DNA of 64,000 nt from the NCBI RefSeq assembly GCF_000006765.1, contig NC_002516.2. The stretch is one strand, 5' to 3'. The position numbers and the translations under genes are program-made. The notes under the pieces are model-generated. The model did no database searches. It saw only the letters and a list, made by a program, of their open reading frames with translations, and was not told where the DNA came from. This DNA comes from Pseudomonas aeruginosa PAO1. Its GTDB lineage: Bacteria > Pseudomonadota > Gammaproteobacteria > Pseudomonadales > Pseudomonadaceae. This document shows, in pieces, positions 13,114 through 20,699 of this stretch; position 1 is the first letter of the stretch; each line of letters opens with the position of its first letter.

Positions 13114-15015
13114 GTGCGCCATCCTCTTGCCCTGCTCGCGGTCATCTTCCTGCTACTGGCCAGCGCCGTTTCGCGCGCCGCGCCGGAGTTTCCGGCGCCT
13201 CCGGCCAGCGGCGCCTGGTTGAACGGCTCGCTGGACCTGCTCGAAGACCCCGATGGCAACCTGGCGGTGGAGGACCTCGAACAAGCGGAGCAGGCCGGCC
13301 GCTTCGTCGCCGCCGCCGGCCGCACCAGCGTCGGCCTCAGCCGCAGCGCCTGGTGGCTGCGCCTCGACCTGCCGAGACGCGAGGCGGTATCCGGCGGCTG
13401 GTGGCTGGAAGTCGCCAGCGCCAGCCTGCACGACCTGCGCCTGTACCTCCCCGACGAGCGCGGCGGGTTCCGTGAACATCGCAGCGGCGAAGCGGTGCCC
13501 TTCGCCGAGGGCCGCGACCACGCCTATCGTCATCCGCTGTTCCGGATCCCTCCCGGCGATGGGCCGTTGCGCGTCTACCTGCGCAGCTACGATCCCGGCG
13601 GCAACGCCTTTCCGCTGAGGCTCTGGAGCCACGACGAACTGCTGGAATACCGCAGCCAGGGCAACCTGCTGTTCGGCATGGCCTACGGGCTGATCCTCGC
13701 CCTGCTGCTGTACAACCTGTTCCTCTTCACCAGCCTGCGCGATCGCGCCTATTTCTGGTACGTGCTGACCGCTGCCAGCGCGCTGGTGCTGACCCTGAGC
13801 ATCAGCGGCCATGGTTTCGAGTATTTCTGGCCCGAGCGGGCGGTGCCCTGGTGGCTTGACCGCCTGGCGCTGCTGGCGATCTGGGGCATCTGCGTGATCC
13901 GCTTCAGCCAGAACCTGCTGCAAAGCCGGCAGCACGCACGCTGGGCCCATCACCTGCTGAACGCCTGTTGCCTGCTGTTCCTTGCCTGCCTGGCGTTCAA
14001 CGCCGCCGGCTGGCGCTGGCAGGCGGCCGGCGTGCTGGCGCTGACCCTGCTGGCCAACCTGCCGATCGCCATCGGCCTGGCAGTGCAGCGCTGGCGCCAG
14101 GGTTCGGCCACGGCGCGCCTGTACCTGGTCGGCTTCGGCCTGGTGCTCGGCAGCGTCAGCCTTGGCGTGATGCGCGCCACCGCGCTGGTCCAGCCGACCT
14201 CGGCCAACGCCATGGTCTTCCCGCTGGCGCTGACCCTGGAGGCCCTGCTGTTCTCCCTGGCGCTCGCCTCGCGCATCCAGGATCTGAAGCAGGAAAGGGC
14301 CCTGGCCCTGGACCAGGCCGACCAGGAAAAGAACGCGCGCCTGGCCCTGCTGCACAGCGCCCAGCGCGACCTGGCACGCGCCGTGGAAGTCCGTACCAAC
14401 GAGTTGAGCGAGGCCAATCGCCAGTTGCAGATGCGCGAAGCGCAACTGCAGTACGCCGCCCATCACGACCCGCTGACCGGGCTTGGCAACCGCAGGCACC
14501 TGATGGAGTTCGCCGAAAGCGCCCTGGACGACGCGCGCCGCCACGGCAACAGCATGGCGCTGCTGCTGATCGACCTGGATCACTTCAAGCCGATCAACGA
14601 TACCCATGGCCACGATGCCGGCGACTTCGTCCTGCAGAACGTGGCCCAGCGGCTGCGCCATTGCGTGCGCACCGAGGATTGCGTGGCGCGCCTCGGCGGC
14701 GACGAATTCGCCGTGCTGGTCGGCGGGTCGAATGCCGAGCAGCATGCCCGCGACATCGCCGAACGCCTGCTGCGAGAACTGGCGAAACCGGTGGAGTTCG
14801 CCAAGCAGTGGCTGGTGATCACACCGAGCATCGGCGTCGCCCTGTTTCCCGGCGACGCCCTGCAGTTCGGCAAACTCTACAAGGCCGCCGACCAGGCGCT
14901 GTACCGGGTCAAGGGCGCCGGGCGCGCCGGCTATGCGATGGCTGCCGACGATGAACGCGAGACCGCGCCGGCGCTCCCCTGGCCGACCGCCCTGGCACCG
15001 GAGCGTATCTCCTGA
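13114..15015 (+). CDS. nicD: 7TM-DISMED2 sensory diguanylate cyclase NicD (longest ORF starts at 12973; GTG 13114 preferred)
   Basis: Signal-like N-terminus, DISMED2 (SRSAWWLRL), 7 TM helices, coiled coil, HDPLTGLGNRR, I-site RTED, intact GGDEF. Confidence 0.85.
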   Translation: MRHPLALLAVIFLLLASAVSRAAPEFPAPPASGAWLNGSLDLLEDPDGNLAVEDLEQAEQAGRFVAAAGRTSVGLSRSAWWLRLDLPRREAVSGGWWLEVASASLHDLRLYLPDERGGFREHRSGEAVPFAEGRDHAYRHPLFRIPPGDGPLRVYLRSYDPGGNAFPLRLWSHDELLEYRSQGNLLFGMAYGLILALLLYNLFLFTSLRDRAYFWYVLTAASALVLTLSISGHGFEYFWPERAVPWWLDRLALLAIWGICVIRFSQNLLQSRQHARWAHHLLNACCLLFLACLAFNAAGWRWQAAGVLALTLLANLPIAIGLAVQRWRQGSATARLYLVGFGLVLGSVSLGVMRATALVQPTSANAMVFPLALTLEALLFSLALASRIQDLKQERALALDQADQEKNARLALLHSAQRDLARAVEVRTNELSEANRQLQMREAQLQYAAHHDPLTGLGNRRHLMEFAESALDDARRHGNSMALLLIDLDHFKPINDTHGHDAGDFVLQNVAQRLRHCVRTEDCVARLGGDEFAVLVGGSNAEQHARDIAERLLRELAKPVEFAKQWLVITPSIGVALFPGDALQFGKLYKAADQALYRVKGAGRAGYAMAADDERETAPALPWPTALAPERIS

Positions 15016-15016
15016 A

Positions 15017-16093
15017 TCAGTGGCTGTAGCGTCGCGGAACCCGAGCCGTGACCTTGCTCAGAAGCTCGTAGCCAAGGGTGCCGCAGGCACGGGCGACCTC
15101 GTCCACCGACAACCCGGCGCCCCACAACTCCACCGGGTCGCCAACGCGAGCCTCCGGCAGGTCGGAGAGGTCGACCGCCAGCATGTCCATCGAGACCCGC
15201 CCGGCCAGGATCGCGCGGCGTCCCCCGACCAGTACCGGAGTCCCGGCTGGCGCGGTACGCGGATAGCCGTCGGCGTAGCCGCAACTGACCGTGCCGATCC
15301 GCGCCGGCCGCTCGGCGATCCAGGTGGCGCCGTAGCCGACGCTCTCACCCACGGCCACCTCGCGCAGTGAAATCAACTGCGCGCCCAGGCTCATGGCCGG
15401 CTTCAGGCCCAGTTCGGCAGCACTGAGGTCGGCCAGCGGGGTCGACCCGTAGAGCATGATTCCCGGCCGCAGCCAGTCCATGTGGGCGGCCGGGATAGTC
15501 AGCACCGCCGCCGAATTGGCCAGGCTGCGCTGGTCGAAGTCCAGGTCGAGCAGGCCGAGGAAACTCTCCAGCTGCTGTTCGGTGAGCGGATGGTTGCGTT
15601 CGTCGGCGCAGGCGAAATGGCTGATCAGGTTCAGCTCGCGCACACCGGGATGGCTGCGCAGGCGCGCATGCCAGGCGCGCAGCGCGGCAGGATCGAAGCC
15701 CAGGCGGTGCATGCCGGAGTCGAGCTTGAGCCAGACGTTGAGTGGAATATCCAGGCCGGCGGCGAGGAACGCCTCGCCCTGTTCCGCGCCCTGGATCACC
15801 AGGTCCAGGCGCAATTGCCCGGCGAGGGCGTATTCGCTCGCCTCGAAGCAGCCTTCCAGCAACAGGATGCGCGCGCTGGCGTGCAAGGCGCGGACTTCCG
15901 CGGCCTCCTCCAGGCAGGCCACGGCGAAGCCATCGGCATCGTCGTGCAACGCGGTAACCACTTCGCGCGCACCGTGGCCATAGGCGTTCGCCTTGACCAC
16001 CGCGAACGCCTGGCGCTGCGGCGCGCAGCGCTTGGCCAGGGCATAGTTGTGGCGAATGGCGGAAAGGTCGACGGTGGCAACGAGGGGACGCAT
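15017..16093 (-). CDS. alr: Biosynthetic alanine racemase
   Basis: AVVKANAYGHG (PLP Lys), KLDSGMHRLG, GYADGY, GRVSMDM. Confidence 0.97.
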   Translation of the reverse strand: MRPLVATVDLSAIRHNYALAKRCAPQRQAFAVVKANAYGHGAREVVTALHDDADGFAVACLEEAAEVRALHASARILLLEGCFEASEYALAGQLRLDLVIQGAEQGEAFLAAGLDIPLNVWLKLDSGMHRLGFDPAALRAWHARLRSHPGVRELNLISHFACADERNHPLTEQQLESFLGLLDLDFDQRSLANSAAVLTIPAAHMDWLRPGIMLYGSTPLADLSAAELGLKPAMSLGAQLISLREVAVGESVGYGATWIAERPARIGTVSCGYADGYPRTAPAGTPVLVGGRRAILAGRVSMDMLAVDLSDLPEARVGDPVELWGAGLSVDEVARACGTLGYELLSKVTARVPRRYSH

Positions 16094-16161
16094 GGCATCG
16101 GGTCCTGCAACTGAAACGGGTGCCTATGGTAAGGCGCCCGCCGGGCAAGACCCAAGCCGGG

Positions 16162-17556
16162 TCATTCGTCCTCGAAGTTGTACATGCCGGCGGCAAGGTT
16201 CTCGAAGCGCGTGTATTTGCCGATGAAGGCCAGGCGCACCGTACCGATCGGACCGTTACGCTGCTTGCCGATGATGATTTCGGCGACGCCCTTGAACTCG
16301 GTCTCCGGGTGGTACACCTCGTCGCGGTAGACGAACATGATCACGTCGGCGTCCTGCTCGATCGCCCCGGATTCGCGCAAGTCGGAGTTCACCGGGCGCT
16401 TGTTGGGTCGCTGCTCCAGGGAGCGGTTGAGCTGCGACAGGGCAATCACCGGGCAGTTGAATTCCTTCGCCAGGGCCTTCAGCGAGCGGGAAATCTCGGA
16501 AATCTCGTTGGTCCGGTTGTCGCCGCTGGAGCCGGGTATCTGCATCAGTTGCAGGTAGTCGATCATGATCAGCGCCAGGTCGCCGTGCTCGCGCACCAGG
16601 CGACGGGTCCGCGCGCGCATTTCCGAGGGACTGATGCCAGCGGTATCGTCGATGAACAGCTTCTTGTCGTTGAGCAGGTTGATCGCCGAAGTCAGGCGCG
16701 GCCAGTCCTCGTCGTCGAGCTTGCCGGAACGCACCTTGGTCTGGTCGATACGCCCGAGCGACGAGAGCATACGCATCACGATCGAGTCGGAGGGCATCTC
16801 CAGGGAGTACACCAACACGGCCTTGTCGGTGCGCATCACCGCGTTCTCGACCAGGTTCATGGCGAAGGTGGTCTTACCCATCGACGGACGCCCGGCGACG
16901 ATGATCAGGTCGGCCGGCTGCAGGCCGCTGGTCTTCTCGTCGAGGTCGGTGAAACCGGTGGACACCCCGGTCAGCGCCTCGGTGGTGTTGAACAGGTAGT
17001 CGATGCGGTCGATGGTCTTGACCAGGATATCGCTGATCCCTACCGGCCCGCCGGTCTTCGGTCGCGCTTCGGCGACCTCGAAGATCTTCCGCTCGGCCTC
17101 GTCGAGGATCTCGTTGGCGCCGCGCCCTTCCGGGTGGAAGGCGCTGTCGGCGATCTCGTTGCTGATGCCGATCAGTTGGCGCAGGGTGGCGCGCTCGCGG
17201 ATGATCTGCGCGTAGGCCTTGATGTTGGCGACCGAGGGAATGTTCTTCGCCAGTTCGCCGAGATAGGCCAGGCCGCCGACCTGGGCCAGTTGTCCTTCCT
17301 TCTCCAACTGCTCGGAGAGGGTCACCACGTCGATCGGCTGGTTGGCCTCGGCCAGCTTGTAGATGGCGCGGAAGATCAGGCGATGGTCATGGCGGTAGAA
17401 ATCGCCGTCGGACACCGAATCCGACACACGCTCCCAGGCGTTGTTGTCCAGCATCAGGCCACCCAGCACGGCCTGCTCGGCCTCGATCGAGTGCGGCGGC
17501 ACCTTCAGGGCTGTGGTTTCCAGGTCGTATTGCTCGGGGCTGGTGATCTCGTTCAT
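16162..17556 (-). CDS. dnaB: Replicative DNA helicase
   Basis: PPHSIEAEQAVLG, AGRPSMGKT Walker A, IDYLQL, SDLRESGAIEQDAD, KQRNGP. No intein. Confidence 0.98.
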   Translation of the reverse strand: MNEITSPEQYDLETTALKVPPHSIEAEQAVLGGLMLDNNAWERVSDSVSDGDFYRHDHRLIFRAIYKLAEANQPIDVVTLSEQLEKEGQLAQVGGLAYLGELAKNIPSVANIKAYAQIIRERATLRQLIGISNEIADSAFHPEGRGANEILDEAERKIFEVAEARPKTGGPVGISDILVKTIDRIDYLFNTTEALTGVSTGFTDLDEKTSGLQPADLIIVAGRPSMGKTTFAMNLVENAVMRTDKAVLVYSLEMPSDSIVMRMLSSLGRIDQTKVRSGKLDDEDWPRLTSAINLLNDKKLFIDDTAGISPSEMRARTRRLVREHGDLALIMIDYLQLMQIPGSSGDNRTNEISEISRSLKALAKEFNCPVIALSQLNRSLEQRPNKRPVNSDLRESGAIEQDADVIMFVYRDEVYHPETEFKGVAEIIIGKQRNGPIGTVRLAFIGKYTRFENLAAGMYNFEDE

Positions 17557-17585
17557 AGACTCGACGCAAGAAAAAGGAACAGCGG

Positions 17586-17626
17586 AAAAAACAACGGGCA
17601 CGGTGCCGTTGCCGGTACCGTGCCCG
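17586..17626 (-). terminator. Intrinsic terminator of the rpsF-rpsR-rplI operon
   Basis: CGGGCACGGT...ACCGTGCCCG stem followed by TTGTTTTTT on the minus strand. Confidence 0.8.
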
Positions 17627-17684
17627 ATGTTAGCGGACTGCCGCGGACACGCATATGCCCGCCCAGCCCTACCGATCGGATCGC

Positions 17685-18131
17685 TTACTCAGCGACGATG
17701 ATCAGCTTCAGAGTGGTTTCCACGTCGGTGTGCAGGTGCACGGCGACGTCGAACTCACCGGTGTTGCGCAGCGCGCCGTTGGGCAGGCGAACTTCGGCTT
17801 TTTCCAGCGGGTAACCGGCAGCGGAAACGGCTTCGGCGATGTCGCGGGTGCCGATCGAACCGAACAGCTTGCCTTCGTCGCCAGCGTGGGCGCCGAGGGT
17901 TACCACCAGCTCGGAGAGCTGGGCAGCACGGGCTTCGGCAGCGGCCTTCTTCTCGGCGGCAGCCTTTTCCAGCTCGGCGCGGCGTGCTTCGAACGCAGCG
18001 ACGTTCTCGGCGGTGGCGACGGTGGCCTTGCCCTGCGGCAGCAGGAAGTTACGGGCGTAACCGCCCTTGATGTTCACCTTGTCGCCCAGGTTGCCCAGGT
18101 TGGCGACTTTTTCCAGCAGGATGACTTCCAT
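17685..18131 (-). CDS. rplI: 50S ribosomal protein L9
   Basis: [30 protein letters not shown]. Confidence 0.99.
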
Positions 18132-18152
18132 TTGAGTCTTACCTCTTAACTT

Positions 18153-19022
18153 TTAACCTTCACCGTTCGTGGAACCCTGGCGCCGGGCCAGGCGTCCACG
18201 AAAATCAAACAGACTGTCGACAACCGCCAAAAGACAGATCAGGTTCCCCAGCAGCAATACAGCCAGGTACAGGCCCACCAGCCAACCACCCGCGAGGCGC
18301 TTCAGGGCGATCAGGCCATGCCCGAGCGCCACGCCGGCGATGATCAGCGGCACGCTGCACAACGGACCGAGCACCGCGGCCTGCACTTCCAGCGCCGGGA
18401 CCACGACGGCCCCCAGCAGCAGGATCACGGCAACCGCCGGCGCCAGCCGCAAACTCCGGAATTCGCGGCCGAAGCCGCCCGGGTTGTACAGCGAAGCCTG
18501 CCAGTACCGCGCGAGCATCAGGCAGAGCAGGCAGGTCACCTGCAGCGAGGAAGCCATGACCCCGGTCAGGGTCGGCACCAGCGCCACCTGCAACTTGTCC
18601 AGCTCTTCGCCCGACAGCTGGGACTCCCCGCGAAGCTGGGTCAGGACCTTGGTGACTTCCGTCGCCAGGGCGCCGATCAGCTCGCTGGAGGTATGCCCCA
18701 GCACCAGCGCGAATACCACGCCAACTGCAACACTGCCCAGCAGCACATGGCTCCAGGACGTGCTGGCGCGCAGGATCTGCGCCAGCGTCAGGGTACCGAG
18801 CAGGACCAGAAGGATGCTCGGATCGCCCAGGTACCACCAGAACATCGCCGGTAGCACCGCCCAGGCCAGGACGCCGAAGGCGTCGCCGAATCCGCGCCGC
18901 AGCAGCACCAGGCTACCGGCGGCGGCACTCAGCCAGAACAACAGTGGAACAACCGCGGAGCCTGCCACGGCGAGCGTGGCCTGCATGCGGCCGCGCATGG
19001 TGAACTCAGCCAGTGCGCGCAT
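18153..19022 (-). CDS. Conserved multi-pass membrane protein (YybS/DUF2232-like)
   Basis: About 8-9 hydrophobic segments, ARYWQASLYNPGGF, C-terminal DSLFDFR. Embedded in the ribosomal protein operon. Confidence 0.75.
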   Translation of the reverse strand: MRALAEFTMRGRMQATLAVAGSAVVPLLFWLSAAAGSLVLLRRGFGDAFGVLAWAVLPAMFWWYLGDPSILLVLLGTLTLAQILRASTSWSHVLLGSVAVGVVFALVLGHTSSELIGALATEVTKVLTQLRGESQLSGEELDKLQVALVPTLTGVMASSLQVTCLLCLMLARYWQASLYNPGGFGREFRSLRLAPAVAVILLLGAVVVPALEVQAAVLGPLCSVPLIIAGVALGHGLIALKRLAGGWLVGLYLAVLLLGNLICLLAVVDSLFDFRGRLARRQGSTNGEG

Positions 19023-19058
19023 GCGATCTATCCCTTACCAGCGTTCGACTGCCCGATC

Positions 19059-19289
19059 TCAACGGCCGTGGCTGTCGGTGTAAGGAAGCAGGGCCAGGTA
19101 GCGGGCGCGCTTGATAGCGGTCGCCAGCTGACGCTGGTACTTGGCCTTGGTGCCGGTGATACGGCTCGGAACGATCTTGCCGGTTTCGGAAACGTAGGCC
19201 TTCAGGGTGTTGAGATCCTTGTAATCGATCTCTTTCACGCCTTCGGCGGTGAAGCGGCAGAACTTACGACGACGGAAGAAACGTGCCAT
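19059..19289 (-). CDS. rpsR: 30S ribosomal protein S18
   Basis: [28 protein letters not shown]. Confidence 0.99.
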   Translation of the reverse strand: MARFFRRRKFCRFTAEGVKEIDYKDLNTLKAYVSETGKIVPSRITGTKAKYQRQLATAIKRARYLALLPYTDSHGR

Positions 19290-19318
19290 GTGATTGGCTC
19301 CTCAATACTGGTCCGGAA

Positions 19319-19738
19319 TTACTCGTCAGCGTTATCGCTATCGCTGTTGTCGTCGCCATCGGCGCCTTCAGCGTTATCGTTCGGACGCTCACGACGCTCG
19401 CGACGCTCGTTGCGGCTTTCTTCAGCCTTGAGCATCTCGGACTGCTCGGTGACAGCTTCGTCGCGACGCATGACCAGGTTACGGATCACGGCATCGTTGT
19501 AACGGAAGTTGTCTTCCAGCTCAGCCAGGGCCTTGGCGCTGCACTCGACGTTCATCAGAACGTAGTGGGCCTTGTGCACGTTGTTGATGGCGTAGGCCAG
19601 CTGACGACGGCCCCAGTCTTCCAGACGGTGGATCTTGCCGCCGTCTTCTTCGATGGCCTTGGTGTAACGCTCGACCATGCCACCGACTTGTTCGCTCTGG
19701 TCCGGGTGAACCAGGAACACGATTTCGTAATGACGCAT
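19319..19738 (-). CDS. rpsF: 30S ribosomal protein S6
   Basis: [23 protein letters not shown], acidic C-terminus. Confidence 0.99.
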
Positions 19739-19743
19739 AAATG

Positions 19744-19787
19744 CTCCTTACGGGTTGCAGCCTGCCGCAGAACGGTCAGGCAAGGAG
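19744..19787 (-). promoter_or_regulatory. S6:S18 ribosomal protein leader (autogenous control RNA)
   Basis: Minus strand CUCCUU-GCCUG-ACCGUUCUGCGG-CAGGC-UGCAACCCGU-AAGGAG. Anti-SD pairs with SD, inner stem present, unpaired CCG. Confidence 0.7.
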
Positions 19788-19853
19788 TGAATGTTTTCTT
19801 GGCTTGCCTGGTGGAGAGGCGAACGAACGCCTGCCCACGCGGCAAGGGGCGAC

Positions 19854-19882
19854 ATTCTAGAGAAGGGCAACCGGCGAAGCAA
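19854..19882 (-). promoter_or_regulatory. Sigma70 promoter of rpsF operon
   Basis: TTGCTT-17 nt-TAGAAT followed by GC-rich GTCGCCCC. Confidence 0.7.
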
Positions 19883-19920
19883 GGAAGATTGGCGAATATT
19901 TGTACAGCGGATGGAATGGC

Positions 19921-19946
19921 GCGGGGCCGCGCCGCGGCGGCCCCGC
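19921..19946. repeat. GC-rich hairpin just downstream of rlmB
   Basis: GCGGGGCCGC-gccgcg-GCGGCCCCGC, 10-bp stem, no U-tract. Confidence 0.5.
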
Positions 19947-19952
19947 ACGCGC

Positions 19953-20699
19953 TCACTCCAGCGGGGTGCGCTGGCGGAGGATCTCGAACAGGCAGACGCC
20001 GGTGGCGACCGAGACGTTCAGGCTGCTGACGCTGCCGGCCATCGGCAACCTGGCGAGGAAGTCGCAGTGCTCGCGGGTCAGCCGGCGCATGCCCTTGCCT
20101 TCCGCGCCCATCACCAGCACGGTCGGCCCCTTGAGGTCGAGCTGGTAGAGGGTCTTGTCCGCCTCGCCAGCGGTGCCGACCACCCACAGGCCGCGCTGCT
20201 GGAGCTTTTCCAGGGTGCGCGCGAGGTTGGTCACCGCCACCAGCGGGATCACCTCGGCGGCGCCGCAAGCGACCTTGCGCACGGTGGCGTTGAGGGTCGC
20301 GGACTTGTCCTTGGGCACGATCACCGCCTGCACCCCCGCCGCATCGGCGGTACGCAGGCAGGCGCCGAGGTTGTGCGGATCGGTGACGCCATCCAGGGCC
20401 AGCAGCAGCGGCACGCCCTCGCTCCGCTCGAGCAGTTCCTCGAGCATGTTTTCGCCCCAGACCTGGCTGGGGCTGACTTCCGCGACCACGCCCTGGTGGA
20501 CGCCTTCCGCCCACTCGTCGAGTTCGCGCCGATCGCGCTGCCCTACCGGAATACGGAACCCGGCGGCCAGCTCGGTGAGCACCTGGACCCGCGGATCATG
20601 CCGCCCCTCGGCCAGCCACAACTGCTTGACCCGCTTCGGGTGATGACGCAACAACGCTTCCACGGCATGCACGCCGTAGACCTTTTCCCACTGACTCAT
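19953..20699 (-). CDS. rlmB: 23S rRNA Gm2251 2'-O-methyltransferase
   Basis: YGVHAVEA, HQGV, DPHNLGACLRTA, VMGAEGKG, SLNVSVA. ATGA overlap with rnr. Confidence 0.97.
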   Translation of the reverse strand: MSQWEKVYGVHAVEALLRHHPKRVKQLWLAEGRHDPRVQVLTELAAGFRIPVGQRDRRELDEWAEGVHQGVVAEVSPSQVWGENMLEELLERSEGVPLLLALDGVTDPHNLGACLRTADAAGVQAVIVPKDKSATLNATVRKVACGAAEVIPLVAVTNLARTLEKLQQRGLWVVGTAGEADKTLYQLDLKGPTVLVMGAEGKGMRRLTREHCDFLARLPMAGSVSSLNVSVATGVCLFEILRQRTPLE

